The notes beneath the pieces are model-generated. The model was not told the DNA's origin, made no database searches, and worked only from the letters and a program-made list of their open reading frames with translations. A stretch of DNA of 64,000 nt, taken from positions 39,742,001 to 39,806,000 of the forward strand of contig CM069135.1 in NCBI GenBank assembly GCA_035221665.1, given 5' to 3'. The translations under genes and the position numbers were made by a program. This stretch comes from Okamejei kenojei. Taxonomy: Eukaryota. Numbering within the stretch: position 1 is the stretch's first letter; each line of letters opens with the position of its first letter. Positions 48,871 to 61,900 of this stretch are shown in pieces.

Positions 48871-50940
48871 CATATAACAATTACAGCACGGAAACAGGCC
48901 CTCTCGGCCCTTCCAGTCCGTGCCGACCATTTGTTTTCCCCTAGTCCCATCTACCTGCACTCAGACCATACCCCTCCATTCCCTTCACGTCCATATACCT
49001 ATCCACTTTACTTTTAAATGTTAAAATCGATCCTGCCTCCACCACCTCTGCTGGAAGCTCATTCCACACAGCCACCACCCTTTGAGTAAAGAAGTTCCCC
49101 CTCACGTTACCCCTAAACTTCTGTCCCTTAATTCTCATGTCATGCCCTCTTGTTTTCAATCTTCCCTACCCTCAATGGGAAAAGCTTATCCACGTCTATC
49201 CCTTTCATCATTTTAAAGACCTCAATCAAGTCCCCCCTTAACCTTCTGCGCTCCAAAGAATAAAGACCTAACTTGTTCAACCTTTCTCTGTAACATAGTT
49301 GCTGGAACCCTGGCAACATTCTAGTAAATCTCCTCTGTACTCTCTCTATTTTGTTGACATCCTTCCTATAGCTAGGCGACCAAAATTGTACACCATACTC
49401 CAGAATTGGTCTTACCAATGCCTTGTACAAATTTTAACATTACTTCCCTACTCCTATATTCAATGCTCTGATTTATAAAGGCCAGCACACCAAAGGCTTT
49501 CTTTACCACCCTATCTACATGCGATTCCACCTTCAGGGAACTATGCACAGTTATTCCTAGATCCCTCTGTTCCACAGCATTCCTCAATTCCCTACCATTT
49601 ACCATGTACGTCCTATTTTGATTTGTCCTGCCAAGATGTAGCACTTCACACTTATCAGCATTAAACTCCATCTGCCATCTTTCAGCCCACTTTTCCAAAT
49701 GGCCCAAATCTCTCTGTAGACTTTGAGAATCTACTTCATTATCCACAATACCACCTATCTTAGTATCATCTGCATACTTTACTTATCCAATTTTCCACCC
49801 CATCATCCAGATCATTGATGTACATGACAAACAACAGTGGACCCAACACAGATCCCTGAGGCACCCCACTGGTCACCGGCTTCCAACCTGACAAAACAGC
49901 CATCCACCATTTACTCTCTGACATCTCCCATTCAGCCACTGTTGAATCCATCTTGCTACTCCGCCATTAACACCCAAAGATTGAACCTTCTGAACCAACC
50001 TTCCATGGGGAACCTTGTCAAAGGCCTTACTGAAATCCATATAGACAACATCCACTGCTTTACCCTCATCAATTTCCCTAGTTACCGCTTCAAAAAAATT
50101 CAAGAAGGTTTGTCAAACATGACCTTCCAGGCACAAATCCATGTTGGACTGTTCCTGATCAGACCCTGTTTATCCAGATGCTTATATATATTATCTCTAA
50201 GTATCCTTTCCATTAATTTGCCCACCACTGACGTCAAACTAATAGGTCTATAATTGCTAGGTTTATTCTTTGAACCCTTTTTTAAACAATGGAACAACAT
50301 GCGCAGTACGCCAATCCTCCGGCACTATTCCCGTTTCTAAATGACATTTGAAATATTTCTGTCATAGCTCCTGCTATTTCTACACTAACTTCCCTCAATG
50401 TCCTAGGGAATATCCTGTCAGGACCTGGAGACTTATCCACCTTTATATTTTTTCAAAAGTGTCAGTACTTCCTCCTCTTTGAATCTCATAGTTTCCATAG
50501 CTACTCTACTTTTTTCCCTTACCTCACAGAGTTCAATATCCTTCTCCTTGGTGAATACCGAAGAAAATAAATTGTTCAATATCTCCCCCATCTCTTTTGG
50601 CTCTGCAGATAGCTGTCCATTCTGGTTCTCTAATGGTCTAATTTTATCCCTCGTTATCCTTTTGCTATTAATATAGCTGTAGAAACCCTTTGGATTTACT
50701 TTCACCTTTCTTGCCAAAGCAACCTCATATCTTCTTTTAGCCTTCCTAATTTCTTTCTTAAGATTCTTTTTACATTCTTTATACTCCTCTAGCACCTCAT
50801 TTACTCCATGCCTCCTATAATTATTGTAGATATCTCTCTTTTTTCGAAACAAGTGTCTAATTTCCCTTGAAAACCATGGCTCTTTCCAATTTTTACTATT
50901 TCCTTTCAACCTAACAGGGACATAAAGATTCTGTACTCTA
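48866..50940 (-). mobile_element. Young CR1, 5'-truncated, inserted into older CR1
   Basis: Near-identical to 15154-15985; TAAACCAT duplicated at 48866-48873 and 50943-50950. Confidence 0.95.
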
Positions 50941-51341
50941 TGTAAACCATGTTGACTTTGTTTATTTAATTTTAAACTGGAAATTATGGAAAATAGTGCT
51001 GCATGAAGATTGATGTGCTGAGGAGTGTTCTGTACACACAATGTATATCCAAATGGAGGTGCCCGATCTCATTTACAGAAAGGTGCAATATGACCTGGAA
51101 ATAGTACATTCACATTCTCCTCTGGGTTACATAAATTTAATCACTGAGCACAGTAAAATGCAGTTTATTGTGATCTAATTTCTTGAGGTGAATGAAACCA
51201 AGATCTGGGGTGGACAAAATACTGGAGTAACTCAGCGGGCAAGCAGCATCTCTGGAGATTAGGAATGCATCTGCTGATCTTTCCTGCACAAAACCAAGAT
51301 CTGCCCATCTCCTCCCATGACGTTCAGCTGAACCATAATTC

Positions 51342-52918
51342 TGCCCTCCATAATATTTGGGACAAAGACATTTATTTATTTGCCTCTGTACTCCACAATT
51401 TGAGATTTGTAATTTTAAAAAAAACCTTTGCGATTAAAGTGCATATTGTCAGATTTTATTAAAGGGTATTTTTTATACATTTTGGTTTCACCATGCAGAA
51501 ATTACAGCTCTGTTTATATTTAGTCCCCCCTCATTTCAGGGCACCATAATGTTTGGGGCGCATGGCTTCACAGGCATTTGTAATTGCTCAGGTGTGTTTA
51601 ATTGCCTCCTTAATGCAGGTATAAGAGAACTCTCAGCACCTACTCTTTCCTCCAGTCTTTCAATCTCCTTTGGAAACTTTTATTGCTGTTTATCAACATG
51701 AGAACCAAAATTGTGTCAATGAAAGTCAAAGAAGCCATTATGAGACTGAGAAATGAGAATACAACTGTTAGAAACATCAGCCAAACCTTAGGCTTACCAA
51801 AATCAACTGTTTGGAACATCATTAAGAAGAAAGAGATCACTGGTGAGCTTACTAATCGCGAAGGGACTGGCAGGCAGTCCGACAGATCAAAGACACTCTT
51901 CAGGATTTGGGTGTGGATTTATCAATGACCACTGTCTGCAGAAGACTTCATGAACAGAAATACAGAGACTACACTGCAAGATGCAATGCACTGGTTAGCT
52001 GCAAAAATAGGATGGGCAGGTTACAGTTTGCCAAGAAGTACTTGGAAGAGCAACCACAGTTCTGGAAAAAAAGTCTTGTGGACAGATGAGACTAAGATTA
52101 GCATATCAGTGATGGCAAGAGCAAAGTATGGAGGAGAGAAGAAACTGCCCAAGATCCAAAACGTACCACCTCATCTGTGAAACATGGTGGTGGGGGTGTT
52201 ATGGCCTGGGCATGTATGGCTGCTGAAGATTCTGGCTCGCTTAACTTCATTGATGATACAACTGCTGATGGGAGTAGCATAATGAATTCTAAAGTCTATA
52301 GACACATCTTATCTGCTCAAGTTCAAACAAATGCCTCAAAACTCATTGGCCTTCATTCTACAGCAAGACAATGATCGCAAACATACTGCTAAAACTACAA
52401 AGGAGTTTGTCAAAGCTAAAAAATGGTGAATTCTTGAGTGGCCAAATCAATCACCCGATCTGAACCCAATTGGGCATGCCTTTTTATATGCTGAAGAGAA
52501 AACTGAAGGGGATTAGCCCCCAAAACAAGCATAAGCTAATGATGGCTGCAATATTGGTCTGGCCGAGCATCACTACAAAAGACACCCAGACACTGGTGAT
52601 GTCCATGAATCACAGACTTCAAGCAGTCCTATGTAAAGGATATGCAACAAAATATGAACCATGACTACTTTCATTTACTTTACATTGATGTGTCCCAAAC
52701 ATTATGGTGCCCTGAAATGGAGGGGGGACTATGGATAAACTCTGCTTTAATTTCTACATGGTGAAACCAAAATGTATAAAAATGGCCTTTATTAAAATCT
52801 GACAATGTGCACTTTAACCACATGTGATTATTTTCTCTATTACAAATCTTAAATTGTGGAGTACAGAGGCAAATAAATAAATGATGTGTCTTTGTCCCAA
52901 ACATTATGGAGGGCACTG
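51342..52918 (+). mobile_element. Tc1 DNA transposon with long (~220-bp) TIRs, degenerate transposase
   Basis: TIRs ~51342-51560 and ~52690-52918 ending GGGCACTG|TA; HTH (ISQTLGLPKSTVWNII), WTDET, KHGGGGVMAW, QDND, SPDLNPI. Confidence 0.95.
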
Positions 52919-53019
52919 TAAGTCTGCAAAATTATGGAGGGCACTGTAAGTCGGCATTACTAAGGACAATGGACTGAATTGAGATGTATGTGGCTCAATT
53001 CAAATGATCTTACCACTTA

Positions 53020-53112
53020 TAGACACACAATGTTGGAGTAATTCAGCAGGTCATACAGCAATTCCGGAGAACAGGGCTAGGTGACGTTTCATGTCAGAAC
53101 CCTCTTCAAACT
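53020..53112 (-). mobile_element. PLE terminal repeat with degenerate hammerhead
   Basis: Minus strand TTGAAGAGGGTTCTGACATGAAACGTCAC. Confidence 0.75.
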
Positions 53113-53344
53113 GATTGGGGAGAGGGTGGGAGGGGGTAGATGAGGAGGGGTGGGAGGGGGGGTGTTTTTTTTCTGAGAGGGCCTGGAGACCCCACCCCGA
53201 GGAATCGGTGGGTAAACCTCATATGGACAAGAAGACAGCACAAGATGGCTGGGCGATGGAAGACGACGCTGAACGCCGAGAAAAGATATATTAATATTTG
53301 TGGGGCGCCGCAAAAGCGAACTGGTGGGGGAACCTCACCCACAG

Positions 53345-54200
53345 GCCCCCCCCCTCACATTCCCCCCTCTCCTCCCCCCTCGTACCTCCCGTCAAGTCCT
53401 CTCACCTCGACCTCCCCTCCACCCCTCATTTCCCCCCCCCCCCCCTCCCCCCCCCCCTCATTTCCCCCCCCTCATTTTCCCCCCCCCTCATTTCCCCCCC
53501 CACTATTTCCCCCCCCATCATCCCCCTCATTTCCCCCCCCCTCGTTTCACCCCCCCCCTCGCACCCCCCCCCCCTTTTCATTTCATTCCCCCCCCTCATT
53601 CCCCCCCCTATGTCCCCCCCCCCATCCCCTCGTTTCCCATTCCCCCCCCTCCATTTCCCCCTCAATTCCCCTCCCCCCCCTCAGTTCCCCCCCCCTCATT
53701 TCCCCCCTCATTTCATTCCCCCGTTTCCCCCCCCCCCCCCCTCATCCCCCCCCATTTCCCCCCCCTCATTCCCCCCCCCTCATTCCCCCTCCATTTCCCA
53801 CCCCCCTCCCCCCCCCATCCCCTCATTCCCCCCCCCCCTCATTCCCCCCATTTCCCCCCCCCCCCATCCCCCCCCATTCCCCTCCCCTCATCCTCCTCCC
53901 CTCATCCCCCCGTCCCCCTCATCTCCTCCCCCCCCGTTCCATCCCCTCCCCCTATCCCCCCCTCATCCCCCCCCCATCCTCCCCCCCATCCTCCCCTATC
54001 TCATCCCCCCCCATTCCTCTCCCCCCTCATCCTCCCCCCCCATCCCTCTCCCCCCTCTTTCTCCCCCCCCATCCTCCCCCCCCCATCCTCCCCCCCCCCC
54101 CATCCCCCCACTTCCTCCCCTCCCCTCACTTCCCCCATCCTCCTCCCCTCACTTCCCCCCCCATCCTCGTCCCTCTATTTCCCCCATCCTCCTCCCCTCA
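53345..54200. repeat. C-rich minisatellite, irregular (C4-10)TCAT(T) units
   Basis: About 850 bp of CCCCCCCTCATTT-like repeats with extreme C/G strand skew. Confidence 0.95.
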
Positions 54201-56495
54201 CTCCCGTTCCCTGCAGCAGCACCTACCCAGGTCATAAAGCAGCGCCAGGGACTGGAACTTGACCTGGTTCTCGTACTCAACCCTGCCCTGACTGTAGACT
54301 GCAGCTGGCAGCTCGGCTGCCGTATGGGCTCCAGTCCAGCTCTGCCCCAACTTCATCTCCAGGCTTATCCCTGACCCCGGACCCAGGCTCGACCTTTGTT
54401 CCACCGACGGCTTCTTTCACGCACCCGGTCATGGCCCCATTCTAAACCCCGGGCTCAGCCCTACGGGCTCGGCTCCAGCCCAGGCCCAGTCGCCGGGCTC
54501 AGCCCGCAGCAGCAGCCTCCCCACCAGGCACCGGGCCGCGGGCAGGCGTGGACCCGAACGAGGCCGCGGGCGGGCGTGTGTGAAACTGGCACCGACCTGA
54601 GCCATGGTGCCCACCCACCTCATTGTGATGTCATATCTTTAAAGATGGCAAAGTCAGAATGAAGCATCAAGGAGTGCATCAAGCAGTGAGAATGAAGCAG
54701 GTCGACGGTTTGGGAGGCGGTGAAGCGTTTGAGGAATGTTCTGGAAATGCGGTCCTTCCCCCGACGTCACTCGAATCTCGTGGAATATTCTCTGTGTGCC
54801 GGGCGATCCGAGCCATCGTGTCCGCCCACCTCATTATGACGTCATCAGTGGAAATATATATATACATATATATACACACACACAAACATACAGGATGAGA
54901 GTTTTCAAGTTATAGATGTCCCAAAATGATAGAAAGTAGAATGGATAAATATGCAAAATACTTGTAGAAACTGTAACCCAGCAGCAAGGGAGAACATGAA
55001 ATGCCCCATTAGTTATTATTCTCCCCATGAACATCTTCAGTGTTGAGACTTGTATCCAGAATACTTGGTCTCAAGATGCTTGGCCTTTGCGCAATAGTTT
55101 TTGTCTTATTGAAACGTGAAACACTCCACAACCAAAATTGCTGTTAAATTGCAACCACAGCTTAACTTCAGTGCTCTGTAACCAATAGTATTTATAAAAC
55201 AATGGCATGGTATAATCTGCCAGTGCAGAATAATTTGGCTCACAATTGATTTGAAAATTCTGGTTACATTTGTATCATAGCAGTCAGTGGTGCGAGAAGA
55301 GTTTTGACGGTGCAGCTACTAGAATTTACTTAGTGTGAAGCTCTCGCTGAATAGCTTAGTCGACCACAATCATGTATTAGCATACATAAGCTTGTATGTC
55401 AAAAGCCGCCACTCATTAGAATGTGCAACAGGCTCGCAATAGCAGTATGGTTCTGTACATTCATGCTTTCATCAATATTAAGAAACTCTAGTTCAAATGT
55501 GGGAAGGAAGAAGACATCATGGGAATTATTCCCCAGTTGAAATACTCTGTGAAATACCGGGCCACCCCAGCCGATTTTGGCTCTTTCCAAAGGTGGAGCA
55601 ACAAATTGGTCTGTATCTCTATTGACTATAGTTCTGTGATTATTTGTTTAGTATTCATTTAGCTAGAGGCTCTTCAGAGTAATTGTATGGATTTCATAAG
55701 TGAAATGAATAAGATTGTTAACAAAGTAGAAATTTGCCATTTTCACAATGTATCATTGAAGTAAATTTCTGTTCAGTAAGTGGTAGCATGTTAACACAGG
55801 AAGAGGGTCATTTTTCCATTCCATGAAACCACAGCCTTCATTCTTTCTTAATTCCATATACTTGTCTTGATTTCAGATCGTGTTATGTATTTGTTTGACA
55901 AAAATTAGTTAGTATTAACATATCATATTACCTTGCAATCAGCAGTTTTTTTTGGTGAAGGTGTTTGGTCATCTATTGTGAAAAAAGTAATTTCTATTTT
56001 TATCGTGAACTTTTAAGTTTTACCTGTTTCACTATGGACTGAATACAGACAAATTTAGTCGGCATGTAGTTAGCCGAAGGCTTGGATTAGCTTCACATCC
56101 AGCCCTTGCTTTATGTCAGCTGCAGCTGGCATGTCTGCTGTGATCCCATTCATTTGAGTCACTCACCATCATTGAAAGGAGATGAGATGAGGTAACTTTT
56201 TGTTGGCAAAAATAAACAGATGGAGGAATTCTGGAGGGTTAGACAGCATTTGTGGAGGCAGAGGGATGGTTAACACTCTGTCATGATCCTCAATCGGGAG
56301 TGTAGAGGGGAGATGACCAAAATGGGAGGGCGAGATGAAGGGGTGAGGCAGGAGCTGCTAAGCAATAGGTGGAACCCCGGTTAGGAGCAGGTGGAACTTG
56401 GTGTTGGGGAAGGGAGAGTAGAGATAGAGGCTGGGACGTGGTAAGTGGAGACAACAAAGGGCTGCAGCTTCTGGAATCTGATCAGTAAGGAGCAA

Positions 56496-59400
56496 GGGCA
56501 GCATGGTGGCGCAGTTGTAGTTGCAATCTGAAATCAATAGACAGTAGATGCAGGAGTAGGCCATTCGGCCCTTCGAGCCAGCACCGCCATTCAATGTGAT
56601 CATGGCTGATCATCCCCAATCAGTACCCCGTTCCTGCCTTCTCCCCATATCCCCTGACTCCGCTATCTTTAAGAGACCTATCTAGCTCTCTTGAAAGTAT
56701 CCAGAGAACCGGCCTCCACCGCCCACTGAGGCAGAGAATTCCACAGACTCACAACTCTCTGTGAGAAAAAGTGTTTCCTCGTCTCAGTTCTAAATGGCTT
56801 ACCCCTTTTTCTTAAACTGTGGCCCCTGGTTCTGGTTTCCCCCAACATCAGGAACATGTTTCCTGCCTCTAGAGTGTCAAAACCCTTAATAATCTTATAT
56901 GTTTCAATAAGATCCCCTCTCATCCTTCTAAACTCCAGAGTATACAAGCCCAGCCGCTCCATTTTCTCAGCATATGACAGTCCCGCCATCCCGGGAATTA
57001 ACCTTGTAAACCTACACTGTACTCCCTCAATAGCAAGAATGTCCTTCCTCAAATTAGGGGAGAAAAACTGCACACAATATTCCAGGTGTGGTCTCACTAG
57101 GGGCCTATACAACTGCAGAAGGATCTCTTTGGTCCTATACTCAAGTCCTCTTGTTATAAAGGCCAACATGCCATTAGCTTTCTTCACTGCCTGCTGTACC
57201 TGCATGCTTACTTTCATAGACTGATGAACAAGGACCCCCAGATCCCGTTGTACTTCTCCTTTTCCCAACTAGACACCATTTAGATAGTAATCTGCCTTCC
57301 TGTTTTTGCTACCAAAGTGGATAACCTCCCATTTATCCACATTAAACTGCATCTGCCAAGTCACCCTGCATTCTCATAGCATCCTCCTCACAGTTCAGAC
57401 TGCCACCCAGCTTTGTGTCACCTGCAAATTTGCTAATGTTACTTTGAATCCCTTAATCTAAATAATTGATGTATATTGTAAATAGCTGCGGTCCCAGCAC
57501 CGAGCCTTGCGGTACCCCACTAGTCACTGCCTGCCATTCTGAAAGGGACCCGTTAATCCCTACTCTTTGTTTCCTGTCTGCCAACCAATTTTCTATCCAT
57601 GTCAGCACTCTACCCCCAATACCATGTGCCCTAATTTTTGCCCACTAATTTCCTATGTGGGACCTTATCAAATGCTTTCTGGAAGTCCAGGTACACTACA
57701 TCCACTGACTCTCCCTTGTCCATTTTCCTAGTTACATCCTCAAAAAAATTCCAGAAGATTAGTCAAGCATGATTTCCCCTTAGTAAATCCATGCTGACTC
57801 GGACCGATCCTGTTACTGCTATCCAAATGTGTCACTATTTCATCTTTTATAATTGTCTCCAGCATCTTCCCCACCACTGATGTCAGGCTAACTGGTCTAT
57901 AATTCCCTGTTTTCTCTCTCCGCCTTTCTTAAAAAGTGGAATAACATTAGTTACCCTCCAATCCACAGGAACTGATCCTGAATCTAAAGAACATTGAAAA
58001 ATTATCACCAAAGCGTCCACAATTTCCAGAGCCACTTCCTTAAGTACCCTGGGATGCAGACCACCTGGCCTGGGGATTTATCAGCCTTCAGTCCCATCAG
58101 TCTACCCAACACCATTTCCTGCCTAATGTGGATTTCCTTCAGTTCTTCCATCACTCCAGATCCTCTGGCCACTAGTATATCAGGAAGATTGTTTATGTCC
58201 TCCTTAGTGAAGACAGATCCAAAGTACCTTTTCAACTCATCTGCCATTTCCTTGTTCCCCATAATAAATTCACCCTTTTCAGTCTTTAAGGGTCCAACTT
58301 TGGTCTTAACTAAGTTTTTTTTCCCTCTTCACATACTTAAAGAAGCTATTACTATCCTCCTTTATATTATTGGCTAGCTTACCTTCGTACCTCATCTTTT
58401 CTCCCCGTATTGCCCTTTTGGTTATCTTCTGTTGCTCTTTAAACACTACGCAATCCTCTTGCTTCCCGCTCATCTTTGCTACGCTATACTTCTCTTTTAT
58501 TTTTATACTGTCCCTGTCGTCCCTTGTCAGCCACGGTCGCCCCTTACTCCCCTTGGAATCTTTCTTCCACTTTGGAATGAACTGATCCTGCACCTTCTGT
58601 ATTATTCCCAGAAATACCTGCCATTGTTGTTCCACTGTCATCCCTGCTAGGGTATCTTCCCAGTCAACATTGGCCAGCTCCTCCCTCATGGCTCCATAGT
58701 CCCCTTTATTCAACTGTAACACTGACACATCTGATTTACCCTTCTCCCTCTACAATTGTAGATTAAACTTGACCATATTATGGTCACTATCTCCTAATTA
58801 CTCCTTAACCTCAAGTTCCTTTATCAAATCTGGTTCTTTACATAATGCTAAATCCACAATTGCCTTCTCCCTGGTAGGCTCCAGTACAATCTGCTCTAAG
58901 AATCCATCACGGAGGCACTCCACAAGCTCCCTTTCTTAGGGTCCAGTACCAAATCTGATTTTCCCAGTCTACCTGCATGTTGAAATCTCCCATAACAACC
59001 GCAGTTCATGTACCTTTACTACATGCCAATTTAAACTCCTGATTCTTAAGTCCCATTAGGGTCTTTTTACCCTTACAATTCCTTAGTTCTATCCATACTG
59101 ACTCCACATCTCCTGTTTCAATGTCACCTTGCAAGGGACTGAATTTCATTCCTCACCATCAGAGCTACCCCACCCCCTCTGCCCATCTGTCTGTCTTTTC
59201 GATAGGAGGTATACCCTTGAATATTCAGTTCCCAGCCCTGGCCCTCTTGCAGCCATGTCCCTGTTTTCCCCACAACATCATACACAAATCAAGACTGCTA
59301 CATGGAATTGAGAAAGAATGAAGACTGCTGCAATACAGCGCCAGGGACCTGGGTTCATTCCTGACTATGGGTGCTATCTGTATGGAGTTTGGACATTTTC

Positions 59401-59625
59401 CTTGTGACCTACGTGTGTTTTCTTCCTGCTTCCTCCCACACAAGGCGTACAGGTTTGTAGGCTAATTGGCTTGGTAAAATTGTAAATTGTCCCTAGTGTG
59501 TGTGTAGGATGGCGTTAGTGTACGGGGATCGCTGGTTGGCGCAGACTCTGTGGGCTGAAGGGGCTTGTATCTCTAAACTAAACTAAAACCTAAAAGGCAC
59601 TGTATCTCTAAACTAAACTAAAACT
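56496..59625 (+). mobile_element. V-SINE split by a CR1 insertion (head 56496-56523, body ~59324-59625)
   Basis: A-box head GGCAGCATGGTGGCGCAG; the body resumes CTGCTGCAATACAGCGCCAGGGACCTGGGTTCATTCC; duplicated CTAAA tail. Confidence 0.8.
56535..59283 (-). mobile_element. CR1 ORF2 (endonuclease and RT), 5'-truncated
   Basis: ORFs 56678-57268, 58005-58262, 58306-58728 with CR1 RT motifs; CAATAGA tail. Confidence 0.95.
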
Positions 59626-59789
59626 CGGAGGAACTATATGAAGAAGGGATGATTGGCAGATGGGACTAGTGAGGAAAGAGAAAGCAACAAGGTAGCATAG
59701 GGTGGGGGGAAGGGTTTGCTTGGAAAAACAAGGGGTGAGAGAACTTGAGTGGAATAAGAGAGAAAGGAACCCCAGGTGCTGTGCATACA

Positions 59790-60062
59790 TTTCTCTTACC
59801 ATTCCAACCACCTCAATCATGACGCTCCTTTCCCCTCTTCCTTCCCTAAGTCCCATATTGCCTTTTATCTCCCCTCTTCTCCCTCTCCTCCATTCCCTTC
59901 CACCGTAGCCCTCGCTATGACTTTATATTTTACATTTCCTCTTTCCTTATCTGAACATCCCTTTATCTCCATTTGATCTCTAGCCTTCGTCATTTACCCC
60001 ACCCAAGTGTCAATTACCCACCCTCACCTACTAGGTTTTCACTCACCTCCATCTTTCTTCCC

Positions 60063-60113
<51 letters not shown>

Positions 60114-60205
60114 CCGTGTGAAGAAAAGTCCTGACTGGAAACATTGTCTGTCCAAACCCTCCAGAGATGCTGCCTGACCTGCTGAGTTCCTCCAGCAATT
60201 TGTTA
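59790..60205 (+). mobile_element. PLE 3' region with degenerate hammerhead repeat and poly-C
   Basis: Pyrimidine-rich 3'UTR, then GTGAAGAAAAGTCCTGACTGGAAACATTG...CCTGCTGAGTTCCTCCAGC. Confidence 0.7.
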
Positions 60206-60396
60206 TCTGCTGTTCTTTGTACTTTTCTTTCATCCTGTTCTGGCCTCTCTTTCTACTGCCTCTCTCCCCATATTTGGCTCAATTTATCCCCACCCCACTC
60301 ACAATTGTTTTTCAACACAATTTAAGGCATTTTATAAGATTCTTTGTTGCAGGCTGAGCTAGAAGATTAAGATGCCTGGGATCCTTGAAGATTTGG

Positions 60397-60895
60397 TCAG
60401 AGTACAGAGGAGATTTACTAGAATGTTGCCAGGGTTCCAGCAACTATGTTACAGAGAAAGGTTGAACAAGTTAGGTCTTTATTCTTTGGAGCGCAGAAGG
60501 TTAAGGGGGGACTTGTTTGAGGTCTTTAAAAATGACGAAAGGGATAGACAGAGTTGACGTGGATACGTTTTTCCCATTGAGGGTAGGGAAGATTCAAACA
60601 AGAGGGCATGACATGAGAATTAAGGACAGAGGTTTCGGGGTAACGTGAGGGGGAACTTCTTTACTCAGAGGGTGTGGCTGTGTGGAATCAGCTTCCAGCA
60701 GAAGTGGTGGAGGCAAGATCGATTTTAACATTTAAGAGTAAAGTGGATAGGTATATGGACGTGAAGGGAATGGAGGGGTATGGTCTGAGTGCAGGTAGAT
60801 GGGACTAGGGGAAAACAAATGGTCGGCACGGACTGGAAGGGCCGAGAGGGCCTGTTTCCGTGCTGTAATTGTTATATGGTTATATGGTTTATATG
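60397..60895 (+). mobile_element. Young CR1 3' end
   Basis: RVQRRFTRMLPGFQQLCYRERLNKLG; TATGGTTA tail; same family as 15.2 kb and 48.9 kb. Confidence 0.95.
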
Positions 60896-60914
60896 GCTAA
60901 TTGGCTTACACATA

Positions 60915-61900
60915 GAAGACACAGTGTTGTGCTGGAAGGGTGTTATTCTGGCTGAGAATCTGTGACCAGTGGAGTTCCACAGGGATCTGTGTTGGGATTT
61001 CTGTTATATGTGATATATATATAATAACCTGGATCAAAATATACACGGGCTGATTGGTAAATTTGCACATTACACTAGAATTGGTGGAGTTGTGGACAGT
61101 AAGCAAGGTAGTCGAAGTACACAGCAGAACATAGATCAGCTAAAGAAATGGGCGGTGAAATGGCAGATGGAGTTTAATCTGAGCAAATGTGACTTGTTGG
61201 ACTTTGGGAGGTCAAATGTAAAGTGAAAATATACAGTTAATGGCAAGACCTTGATAGCATTGATGTACAGAGGGATCTTGGAGTCCTAGCCCATACTGTA
61301 ACCCGATGCAAATGGCAATACAAGTAGATGGAGTGGTAAAGAAGGTTTATGGGATGCTTGCCTTCACTGGTCAGTTGAGTATGAGTCAGGAAATTATGTG
61401 ATAAGTTTACAGGACTTTGGGTGGGGCATATTTGGAGTATAGTGTGCAATTCTGGTTATCCCTTTACAAGAAGTATGTGACGGCTTTGGAGAGGCCACAG
61501 AAGAGGTTTACCAGAATGCTGCATGGATATGAGCTTTGACAAACTTGAATTGCTTTTTTCTAGTGTCAGAGTCTGAGGGTAGACCTGATGGAAGTGCATA
61601 AACGTATGAGAAGTAAAGATAGGGTAGACAGTCAGAATATTTCCCAGGATGAAAAAATCAAATGCTGGAGGGCTTAGCTTTCAAGTGAGAAGGCCAAAGT
61701 CTAAAGGGGCATGTATTTTTACACAGAGTGGTGGGAGCATGGAGCGTGCTCCCAGTGGTGGTGGAGGAAATAAATATGACATTGGCACTTGAGAGATAAT
61801 TTAGATAGGCACGTGAATATGGAGGGATATGGATCACATGCAGGCATCATGTTCAGCATAGACATTGTGGAACAAAAGGCCTGTTCCTTTGCTGTTGTGT
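60915..61900 (+). mobile_element. Old CR1 RT/3' fragment
   Basis: GTGACCAGTGGAGTTCCACAGGGATCTGTG, TGGCAGATGGAGTTTAAT, CAGAGGGATCTTGGAGT. Confidence 0.8.

Noticed and set aside
53140-54374. Three overlapping 320-365 aa proline-rich ORFs
   Set aside because: Artefact of a stop-poor C-rich minisatellite that is open in all three frames.
60064-60110. Long poly-C run (also 14773-14794 and poly-G at ~33275-33297)
   Set aside because: Homopolymers inside TE remnants; lengths are unreliable in assemblies.
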